Source of the DNA: Candidatus Latescibacterota bacterium
Lineage (GTDB): Bacteria > Latescibacterota > UBA2968 > UBA8231
Reading direction: 5' to 3'
Assembly: GCA_965248265.1 (NCBI GenBank)
Contig: CBDFJF010000001.1
Location: forward strand, 2,784,001 to 2,848,000
Length of the DNA: 64,000 nucleotides
In this document: piece after piece, positions 8,802-16,621 of the stretch
How the letters are laid out: each line of letters starts with the position of its first letter
Numbering within the stretch: position 1 is the stretch's first letter
Position numbers and translations under genes: made by a program
The notes under the pieces: generated by a model
What the model was told of the DNA's origin: nothing
Database searches by the model: none
The model's input: the letters and a program-made list of their open reading frames with translations, nothing else

Positions 8802-9938
8802 TCAGTCCGGGTTGCCGAAACAATAGAGGACGCCGTCTTCGCTACCGATTACCAGGCGGCCATCCGCGACGGCAGCCGAGGCTACGATGGTTGCCCCGGT
8901 GTCGTAGCTCCAGAGCTCCGTGCCAGTGCCTACATCAAGAGCGTGAACGGATCCCTTAGAAGATCCGAAAAAAAGACGTTCACCGGAAATCACTGGAGAC
9001 GAATCGACCCGGGCGCCCGCATCGAACAGCCACCGGGGCTGCCCCGTCTTTCGGTCTAACCCATGCACGGTCCGATCCCGACCGGCTGCCACAACCAGGT
9101 CCGCCGTTATCGCGGTTGAAGCGTAGTACGGCTGTCGCCGTTGGGGATGCTGATAGCGCCAGCGAACCGTCTCAGTCAGAAGGTCGACGGCAAGCACCTG
9201 ATTCCCGAAGGTGCCGAAATAAGTGGTCCCCGAATCATCGATGGCACAGCTGGCCGCCACGTAGCCGCCAACCTGGACGACGCCTTCTTCGCTGCCGTCT
9301 GAAAGATCGAGTCGGCGCAGAAATCCGTCACAACCTGCCGTCACGACGGTTGAATCGAAGATGGCCGGCGTGCCGTGCACATAGCCCTCAGTCTCAGCTC
9401 GCCAGACCAGCTGACCGTCGGCGGCAAACAGGCAGTACACTCGACTGTCGTAACTGCCGAATATGACCCGGTCACCCCATGGATGAGCCGACGATGTGAT
9501 GCCGGCCTCGGCATCGAAGGTCCACAACAGTTCGCCGCTGAGTGCATCCAGAGCGTAAAACCTGCCCGACTCGTCTCCGAAGAACAGGCGTCCCTCAGCG
9601 ACTCCGGCGGATGACTTAATCTCATCGCGGGCAGCAAAGGTCCACCGCGGCTCTCCCGAACTCAGATCCAGGGCGTAGAGGTGACCGTCGAGATTGCCAC
9701 TGTACACCGTGCCATTCCAGATCGCCGCCGTCGACTCGATCCCGGGAGGTGCACGACTGCTGTCTGAAGCTGTTGGCCGAACCGCCCACAACAGCTCCAG
9801 CCCCTGGGGCAGTGCACTGAGGGCACGGCCGCTTTGACGATGATCGCCGCGGAAAAGAGCCCACGAAGTGGAATCAGCCTTGACGGGTACCACCGGCAGA
9901 GCGGTGAGAACTGTCAGGATTTGCAACCAGCGTCTCAA
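8802..9938 (-). CDS. Secreted PQQ-binding-like beta-propeller protein (BamB-like)
   Basis: Signal peptide, WALFRGD, repeated SxP/A...G.DG.LYALD..G...W blades. Confidence 0.85.
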   Translation of the reverse strand: MRRWLQILTVLTALPVVPVKADSTSWALFRGDHRQSGRALSALPQGLELLWAVRPTASDSSRAPPGIESTAAIWNGTVYSGNLDGHLYALDLSSGEPRWTFAARDEIKSSAGVAEGRLFFGDESGRFYALDALSGELLWTFDAEAGITSSAHPWGDRVIFGSYDSRVYCLFAADGQLVWRAETEGYVHGTPAIFDSTVVTAGCDGFLRRLDLSDGSEEGVVQVGGYVAASCAIDDSGTTYFGTFGNQVLAVDLLTETVRWRYQHPQRRQPYYASTAITADLVVAAGRDRTVHGLDRKTGQPRWLFDAGARVDSSPVISGERLFFGSSKGSVHALDVGTGTELWSYDTGATIVASAAVADGRLVIGSEDGVLYCFGNPD

Positions 9939-11074
9939 GAGGCCGCCTTGTAGAGGTTCAGAATCTCTGCATCCGTTACCGGCCGCGGGTTGAATTGCGC
10001 CGTCTTCTGGGACGCCGCCTCGGACGCCAGTCTGGGAAGGTCACCCGCCGGCACACCAAGATCACTGAGGCCTGTCGGCATCGATGCCTCCTGCAACAAC
10101 GTTTCGACGCGCTTGAGCAGGGCCGTCACCGAACCTCGCCTTGGTGAGTCCAGGACCTGTGCCAACTGGGCGTAGTCAGCCGAGCAGGTTTCGGCGTTGA
10201 AGCGTATGACGTGCGGCAACATCACCCCGATGGCCACGCCGTGGACGATTCCGTACCGAGCCGTCAGCGGATTGGCGCACGCATGGGTCGCCCCTAGCAT
10301 AGACCGCTCGATCGCGGCACCCGCCCAATGCGCCCCGAGCAGCATGCGCGCCCGCGTGGCGGTACCTGGCGCGTCATTGAGGCTGTCCCTGAAACTCGCG
10401 TCGAGCAACCGCAGGGCTTCCGACGACAGGAATCGCGACTGTGGTCGCGCTGTCGTGGAGACGAAACTTTCAATGGCATGAGAAAGGGCGTCCACGCCGA
10501 CGGCCCTGCGCGTTGGAAGTGGCACCGTGCGCGTCAACTCGGCATCCAGGATGACGGCCCGGAACCGGGCCCGCGAGTCTCCGCAAGCCATTTTCTCGTG
10601 ACTGTCCGCGGCTGAGATAAGTGCGAAGCGCTGGGCTTCACTGCCTGTTCCGGCCGTCGTCGGCACGCCGATGGATGGAAACATCGGCTTGGATGCCAAG
10701 CCATCGCCCCGGTAGTCTTCCATACGGCCACCGTTACTGAGCAGAAAGTTGACCCCCTTGGCGCAGTCCATGGCGCTGCCACCGCCGAGACCGATGATGG
10801 TGATCTCTGCGCCGAGTTGCCGCGCCTGCGCCGTCGCCTCCTCGACATGGTGGGTCGTCGGATTCTCTGCGACGCCATCGAAAACCGAACAGTCAATGGA
10901 TGCTGAGTGCAGAGAGGACAAGGCCACGTCCACGATGCCCGCCTTTGCGACACCTTCATCGCTCACAAGAAAGGCATTGCGGCCGCCGAGATCGGCGGCC
11001 AACTCTCCCAGGCGCGAAAGCCCTCCCGCCCCGAGGATGACCCGTGGGTGGCTGTTGTCAGCTTTTGCAGACAA
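9935..11074 (-). CDS. Iron-containing alcohol dehydrogenase
   Basis: GLGGGSAMDCAK, VPTTAGTGSE, DALSHAIES, HACA...HG metal ligands. Confidence 0.93.
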   Translation of the reverse strand: MSAKADNSHPRVILGAGGLSRLGELAADLGGRNAFLVSDEGVAKAGIVDVALSSLHSASIDCSVFDGVAENPTTHHVEEATAQARQLGAEITIIGLGGGSAMDCAKGVNFLLSNGGRMEDYRGDGLASKPMFPSIGVPTTAGTGSEAQRFALISAADSHEKMACGDSRARFRAVILDAELTRTVPLPTRRAVGVDALSHAIESFVSTTARPQSRFLSSEALRLLDASFRDSLNDAPGTATRARMLLGAHWAGAAIERSMLGATHACANPLTARYGIVHGVAIGVMLPHVIRFNAETCSADYAQLAQVLDSPRRGSVTALLKRVETLLQEASMPTGLSDLGVPAGDLPRLASEAASQKTAQFNPRPVTDAEILNLYKAAS

Positions 11075-12482
11075 ACGAGCGCTGCCGGTAGAGATGCTCG
11101 AAGAGGTTGCCCTCGTGTGGTTGATCGAATGAAACCTGATTCGTTGGCATGGGACCGAAGTTCAAGCGGTCGATTCCCGGGCATTGCAGCAGCCGCTGAC
11201 GCAGGGACTCATCATCGGTGACCGCACTCACCACGAGAGAAGGTGTCACCCGCTGGATGATGTCTTCGTGACTTGCGTCGACGACGGCGACGAAGGGAAA
11301 CAGGTACTCGAGGTTCGCCAGCGGATGGTCAGCGTCGGTGCAGTGTATGACTGTCGGCTGCAAAAAAGTGCACCCGTCAAGTTCGACCACCCGATCACCA
11401 CGTCCCAGGCGCGCACTGACATCCTCGGCCCCCGGAGCCTTCAACATGCCATCGATGGAATCGGAAATGCGCCGCGCCATGTCGGCGTTCGCGAAAGCCG
11501 CCAGTTCGGCTGCAGGATTAACCAGGGACATCGGCCGCAGACTCAGAAGCTCCCGTGCCAATCCCTCCGCAATCTCCGCCCCACTCTTGGGCGTCCACAC
11601 CCCCGAGGCGTTGATACAGGAACGCCCGCTGTTCCCAGCAATCGACTGCATCAGAAAGTCGATATGGTCATGCCAAACACCGCCCGCATCCGAACCAAAG
11701 ACGATCTTGCTGCGACCGCTGCCATGAACCTCCACCCGAGGATCCAGCTTCCACGGCGCCACCGTAGCGTCTCCGCCGAACAGGAGCGAACGACCGCAAC
11801 GCAACAAGATCTCCGCTGCCGCCGAGTAGTCGGCAGGGTAGAAACTGAAAGCCGATGGCGGACACCCCGCAGCCATAAACGCCTGCGCGATCCGGTACGG
11901 CGTCCACGGCTCCTCCCGCCCTGGCTTGAGTGCTACCGGCACCCGCAACGGAATCGAAGGCAGCCACAGCGTGTGCACACCCGGTGAGTTGTTCGGCAAC
12001 ACCGCCCCAAGCGCATCCGCCTGACGTTGATAACTCAACATGCGCCCATTGTGCTGACCCCACCCCTCCCGCAGAATCTCCAAATCCAGATCCCGCGTCA
12101 GCCCCCCCAATACCGTCGTCATCTCCACCAGCACACCGCGGATCTTCTCCATGTTGCGCCGGCACAACGTGACAGGTAACCCAGTGGTTGATGACAGCTG
12201 AGAAACGTATTCGTCCGCAGACTGAATCGAGTCCTCCCCAAGCGGCAACTCCGCTGACATGAACAAATCGGCTGCTTTGCCGCAGATCTCAATGAGATCC
12301 TTCGAACTCAGCTCATCAGAAGCACTCTGGTTGTCCGCCGCCATCGCCAGATCCCTGGCGATCAACCCACGATTCGCCTGACTAACCTCAGCCACCCCCT
12401 CCCCCGTGCGGATATTGAGAAGAGTAGTCCGGTTCAGGCTTCTGTAAGGAGTCCCAGCTCTGAGAATCGGAATGTGCAGCAT
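11058..12482 (-). CDS. Aldehyde dehydrogenase/acyl reductase family protein (GriD/EhpG-like)
   Basis: LPNNSPG, LKPGREEP, HGSGRSK, catalytic Cys in NSGRSCINAS, EYLFPF. Lies next to the EhpF/GriC-like gene apart from the IS insertion. Confidence 0.8.
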   Translation of the reverse strand: MLHIPILRAGTPYRSLNRTTLLNIRTGEGVAEVSQANRGLIARDLAMAADNQSASDELSSKDLIEICGKAADLFMSAELPLGEDSIQSADEYVSQLSSTTGLPVTLCRRNMEKIRGVLVEMTTVLGGLTRDLDLEILREGWGQHNGRMLSYQRQADALGAVLPNNSPGVHTLWLPSIPLRVPVALKPGREEPWTPYRIAQAFMAAGCPPSAFSFYPADYSAAAEILLRCGRSLLFGGDATVAPWKLDPRVEVHGSGRSKIVFGSDAGGVWHDHIDFLMQSIAGNSGRSCINASGVWTPKSGAEIAEGLARELLSLRPMSLVNPAAELAAFANADMARRISDSIDGMLKAPGAEDVSARLGRGDRVVELDGCTFLQPTVIHCTDADHPLANLEYLFPFVAVVDASHEDIIQRVTPSLVVSAVTDDESLRQRLLQCPGIDRLNFGPMPTNQVSFDQPHEGNLFEHLYRQRSFVCKS

Positions 12483-12811
12483 TCAGCTACTCACCTGTGA
12501 CTCTGGTGATACCATTTCCGATTGCTCAAATATCGATTGAGTGGGGGATAGTCTTGCCATATACCGTTGCCGTTGATGGTGTTGGTTCAGCCCTTTCCTA
12601 AACTGCCAGTCGGTCTTGTTCTTGTTTGTTGCTCTCCTTGGTACCGTCTTGGTGTTTCTGTTGACGTCTTAGGTGCTTGCCGTTGGTGTTTGGTGATGTC
12701 TCTGGTTTTGACGTTGCAACTTCACTCTTGTTTCTGCTGGTTTGCTGATACTTCCCCAAGAGAGTGGACACCTCGAAGCGCCAAGTTAAATTTCTGGCAG
12801 GAGGTGTTCTT

Positions 12812-13099
12812 ATGTCACGCAAGTATGATCGTGAGTTTAAGCTCGAGGCCATTCGCCTGGCCGCAGAAGAAGGGGTATCGGCCCGAGGGGTCGAGCAACG
12901 ATTGGGTTTAAGTGCAGGCATTATCAGTCGTTGGAAGAGAGAATTGAAGGTCCAAGGAGATGAAGCCTTCCCAGGTACCGGCCATTTAGGTGATCACGAC
13001 GAGGAGGTCCGCCGTTTGCGGCGTGAGCTGGCGCGGGTGTCCCAGGAACGAGATATCCTAAAAAAGGCGGCGGCCTTCTTCGCCAACGAGTCCAGATGA
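12812..13099 (+). CDS. IS3 transposase OrfA (HTH)
   Basis: MSRKYDREFKLEAIRL...ERDILKKAAAFF; RBS GGAGGT before ATG 12812. Confidence 0.9.
   Translation: MSRKYDREFKLEAIRLAAEEGVSARGVEQRLGLSAGIISRWKRELKVQGDEAFPGTGHLGDHDEEVRRLRRELARVSQERDILKKAAAFFANESR
13060..13066 (+). promoter_or_regulatory. -1 programmed ribosomal frameshift site A AAA AAG (OrfAB fusion)
   Basis: CTA AAA AAG in the orfA frame just before the ATGA orfA/orfB overlap; canonical for IS3. Confidence 0.7.
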
Positions 13100-13965
13100 G
13101 GTATCGCTTCATCGAGGTGGAGAAGGCGATGTACCCGGTCACTATGTTGTGTCGCGTGCTGCGGGTGTCGCGTAGCGGTTTCTACGCCTGGCAGCAGCGC
13201 CCGATCAGTCCTCGAGCTGAGCAGACTCGGCGACTGGATGTCGAGATCAACAAGTTGTTTGAAGCCAGCAAGCGGCGCTCCGGTAGCCCAAAGATCACCC
13301 GCGCCCTGATAGACGGAGGCTGGCAGGTGGGCGAGAATCGCGTTGCACGGCGCATGCGTGTGTTGGGTCTGCGTTCGATTGTGCGACGCCGTTTCAAGGT
13401 GACGACCAACTCGCAACATCGATTTGCGGTGGCGCCGAACCGTTTGCAGCGCGATTTCACCGCACAGCGCCCCAATCAAGTGTGGGTCAGCGACCTGACC
13501 TACCTCAGCGTCGGTCGCGGCTGGTTGTATTTGGTCGTCGTCATCGACCTGTACTCCAGGCGCGTGGTGGGTTGGGCGTTGAGCTCGGCACTGGATCACC
13601 GCGTGGCGCTGGTCGCGCTGCAGCGGGCTGTAGCTCAACGTCGTCCGCCGAGGGGTCTGATCATCCATTCCGATCGCGGCGTTCAATACGCCTGCACCGC
13701 GTTCACTAACTGGGTCAGCAAACACGGCTTTGTGCAGAGTATGAGCCGTAAGGGCGACTGCTGGGATAACGCCGTGGCTGAGTCCTTCTTCCATCTGCTC
13801 AAGACCGAGTTGACCTACCACGAACACTGGCTCAACTACCGGGCCGCGTATCGCAGCCTGTTCGACTACATCGAGATTTTTTACAATCGAGAAAGGAGTC
13901 ATTCCACCCTGGATTACGCAACACCCGCAGCATTCGAGCAGCATTCAACCAAACTTGCTGCTTGA
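13096..13965 (+). CDS. IS3 transposase OrfB (rve integrase, DDE)
   Basis: WVSDLTY, IHSDRGVQY, CWDNAVAESFF, YNRER.HSTL. Confidence 0.95.
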   Translation: MRYRFIEVEKAMYPVTMLCRVLRVSRSGFYAWQQRPISPRAEQTRRLDVEINKLFEASKRRSGSPKITRALIDGGWQVGENRVARRMRVLGLRSIVRRRFKVTTNSQHRFAVAPNRLQRDFTAQRPNQVWVSDLTYLSVGRGWLYLVVVIDLYSRRVVGWALSSALDHRVALVALQRAVAQRRPPRGLIIHSDRGVQYACTAFTNWVSKHGFVQSMSRKGDCWDNAVAESFFHLLKTELTYHEHWLNYRAAYRSLFDYIEIFYNRERSHSTLDYATPAAFEQHSTKLAA

Positions 13966-14066
13966 CGGTGTCCATTTTTCCGGGGGAGTATCACCCGAAG
14001 CCGCGACGAAGCCCGCCGCGGGCAAGGAGCACACGGGGACGAGCCCACCAACACGCGGACCCACCC

Positions 14067-15140
14067 CTAGTACACCCCCACAGTAACCGACTCCCTCAAC
14101 TCACTAAGCAACCTCAAATCCCGCACTCCATCCCACGGATACTCCTCAATCGGCTCAGCCCGCTCCGCCTCATCCCGCTCCAAAAACCGCGGCATAAAGA
14201 ATTCCTTCGTCAGCGTCGTCAACATAACGCGCCCGGTCTCACCGTAATCGACCTGCCGCTCGGTATCCTGCGGATCAACCAACTCGATAACGGCTCGAGG
14301 TTGCGGCGGGTAGTAAATGATGGCGTAGTCATCGGCTGGATCGAACGGCTTACAGTGCGCGAGACCCATCAGGGTGTTGCCGTAGGTTGGAATGAACTCG
14401 ATACCCGGGACTAGCTCTTCGCGCGCGAAACGATGGAATTGCGCGTCCATTTCCGTGCCGCCGCAGAAGATGCCGGTGATGCCGGCCTTGGGCAGCGAGA
14501 TCTTCTCAGACAGGGCTTCCAGCAGACGTGGAGTCGTGAACAGACAGCGAATGGAATCATGCGCCCGCAGGATCTTCAGCGCCTGGTCAACGACATGACT
14601 CTTGTAGGCTTCCAACTCCTGGGTTTTTTGCTGCTTGATGAGGACGTTGACCCAACGCGGATCGAGGTCGACGAAGAAGCAGATACCACCCCGAATCTGC
14701 GCCAGGTGTTCGACGGCCAGACGCAGTCGCCGCGGTCCAGTCGGACCGACCATGAGCCAGTCACTTCCGTGTGGGAAGCCGTCCTCTGGGAGAAACTCAC
14801 TGAAGCGCTCGTAGTCGAGTTTGAAATCGTGGACGTTGATACGGCTCTTGGGTACCCCTGTCGATCCGCCAGTCTCGAACACGTAGACCGGTTCGTCGGC
14901 GTACGCGCGGGGCACCCAGCGTCGGACCGGTCCACCGCGCAACCACGAGTCTTCGAAATGACCGAGGCGTCGCAGATCGTCGTAAGAGTTGATCTGGGTA
15001 CGGGGGTCAAAGTCCAACCCCTTGGCGAAATCCAGCCAGAAGTCGCATCCAGTGGCCGGATCGAAGTGCCATTGCACGATCTCGCGCACGTGCTGGTCGA
15101 GGTGCACGCTTGCCTCGCCGATTGAACCTGGCCTTTGCAT
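14067..15140 (-). CDS. EhpF/GriC-like stand-alone adenylate-forming protein (aryl-carboxylate reductase component)
   Basis: WHFDPATGCDFW, FETGGSTGVPK, PTGP, FFVDLDPRWV, TTP, GGTE, YGETG, ERD and C-terminal GVY. All match EhpF-family motifs as I recall them. Confidence 0.78.
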   Translation of the reverse strand: MQRPGSIGEASVHLDQHVREIVQWHFDPATGCDFWLDFAKGLDFDPRTQINSYDDLRRLGHFEDSWLRGGPVRRWVPRAYADEPVYVFETGGSTGVPKSRINVHDFKLDYERFSEFLPEDGFPHGSDWLMVGPTGPRRLRLAVEHLAQIRGGICFFVDLDPRWVNVLIKQQKTQELEAYKSHVVDQALKILRAHDSIRCLFTTPRLLEALSEKISLPKAGITGIFCGGTEMDAQFHRFAREELVPGIEFIPTYGNTLMGLAHCKPFDPADDYAIIYYPPQPRAVIELVDPQDTERQVDYGETGRVMLTTLTKEFFMPRFLERDEAERAEPIEEYPWDGVRDLRLLSELRESVTVGVY

Positions 15141-16582
15141 TACTCACCTTCGATGGCGAACAAGCGGTTCCTGGAAGCGATGTACAGGACGCCGTCCTCG
15201 ACCACGGGAGTCGTGTAGATGGAGCTACCCATGTTGATCTCATTCAAGACTTCCAGCGTTTTTCCGGCCTTCAGTATGGCGACATCGCCGTCCTCGTCAC
15301 CGACATAGACCATGCCATCGGCCACCAGGGTCGAGCCCCAGACTGCGGCGAAGCTGTCGTAGACCCAATGCTTCTTACCGGTTTGGAGATCAAGGCAGTA
15401 GACGAAACCCGAAAGATCGGCCGCGTAGAGGAGGCCGTCCTGTATGGAAACCGTCGACATGGTCCGGTGGAAATCCTCCCCGCCAACGTGCCACACACCA
15501 CCACTGTCAGTGATGTCTCCTGTTTTTGTCGCATCAATGCACCACAGATGACCGATCCCCTCACCGTGTTCAGGGTCCTGACCCACGCCGACGTAGACCC
15601 GGTCGCCGTGGATGACGGGAGTTGAAACGATGTTGTTGCGGGTGCCACGTCCGCCCAGCTCCCACTCGGAGTCCTTCGGATTGCAGTCAAATTTCCAGAT
15701 GAGTTTGCCTGTCAGAGGTTCCAATGAGTAAACCCATCCGTCTCCTCCGGGAAAGACCACCTGTGCCTTGCCCTTGACGATGCCGTAAGCTGGATTCGAC
15801 CACTGTCCGTGCAGGATCCCCTCACCGGGCGAAGCATCTTCCCATACCACCTCACCCGTGTGCTTGTTCACGGCGATGAAGCTGGGGGCAAAGGGAGAGG
15901 GGATGGCCACATGGCCTTCGTCAACGCCATTTGATGTAACGACGAAAAGCAGGTCCCCGGCCCCGACCGGCGAGCAGGTTGCCAGGTTGTGCGGAAAGAC
16001 ATTGAGTTCCTCCATCATGTCCATCTTCCAAATCACATCCGCATCAATTCCGGTAGTGTCTTTTTCAGTTATGAACGGCCCGTCGTTCTCTCCGTCGGCG
16101 AATCCCTCGGCGTCAATGCAAACGACTTCGCAGCGATTCGATATGTAATAGACACGGCCGTCTTCGATAAAGGGCGTCGAGCACACGCCTTGCCGGGGCC
16201 AGTCGTTGACGCGTCCGGCCGCAAGTTTGGTGTGGGTGGCTTGCCACTGAAAACGGCCATCGGCACGACCGAAGGCCATCACCACTCCCCGATCGCCGAC
16301 CAGTGCGGGATTGCGCAGGCCCTGGTTGTTGGTACCGACGAACACCTGGTTTCCGTAGATCAACGGACCGGCGTAGGTCTGCGAGCCCAGTGGGGCGCTC
16401 CAGCGAATGCCAGCGCCGGTTTCCGTGTTCCAATTAACCGGTAGTCCACTGGCCGATGCGACCATGTTGCGCTCCGTCGTAAAGCCCCACATCGCCGCAT
16501 CGTCGGAGCCCACGTCGACCACTCCCACCAGCAGGGAGACAATTGCTACTATGGTGTCTTTGTGCGATAGGCGCTGCGTCAT
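15140..16582 (-). CDS. Secreted PQQ-binding-like beta-propeller protein
   Basis: Hydrophobic N-terminus, MWG...RNM, GVCSTP, repeated Trp-ending blades. Confidence 0.85.
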   Translation of the reverse strand: MTQRLSHKDTIVAIVSLLVGVVDVGSDDAAMWGFTTERNMVASASGLPVNWNTETGAGIRWSAPLGSQTYAGPLIYGNQVFVGTNNQGLRNPALVGDRGVVMAFGRADGRFQWQATHTKLAAGRVNDWPRQGVCSTPFIEDGRVYYISNRCEVVCIDAEGFADGENDGPFITEKDTTGIDADVIWKMDMMEELNVFPHNLATCSPVGAGDLLFVVTSNGVDEGHVAIPSPFAPSFIAVNKHTGEVVWEDASPGEGILHGQWSNPAYGIVKGKAQVVFPGGDGWVYSLEPLTGKLIWKFDCNPKDSEWELGGRGTRNNIVSTPVIHGDRVYVGVGQDPEHGEGIGHLWCIDATKTGDITDSGGVWHVGGEDFHRTMSTVSIQDGLLYAADLSGFVYCLDLQTGKKHWVYDSFAAVWGSTLVADGMVYVGDEDGDVAILKAGKTLEVLNEINMGSSIYTTPVVEDGVLYIASRNRLFAIEGE

Positions 16583-16621
16583 GTCGTCTTTCTCTTCCGC
16601 TTGCGAGTCGGGATTGCTCGT

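Larger units (their letters stand above)
12746..13993 (+). mobile_element. IS3-family insertion sequence, apparently intact (~1.25 kb)
   Basis: Imperfect terminal inverted repeats: left TGATACTTCCCCAAGAGAGTGGACAC, right (reverse complement) TGATACTCCCCCGGAAAAATGGACAC. 5'-TG...CA-3' ends; orfA/orfB inside. Confidence 0.93.

Noticed and set aside
12483-12560. 25 aa Ser-rich ORF (MARLSPTQSIFEQSEMVSPESQVSS) ending just before the ALDH start; possible RiPP precursor or leader peptide
   Set aside because: No clear RBS, no RRE or peptidase in the cluster, and it lies in degenerate IS-flanking DNA; could easily be chance.
12994-13944. 316 aa minus-strand ORF
   Set aside because: Antisense shadow of the IS3 transposase, which has the DDE motifs on the + strand.
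13994-14066. Possible degenerate REP-like hairpins right of the IS
   Set aside because: Single, imperfect copy; no second instance found in the window.
11058-15140. luxC/luxE bioluminescence genes
   Set aside because: No luxAB or luxD, and the motifs fit EhpF/GriC and GriD-like proteins better.
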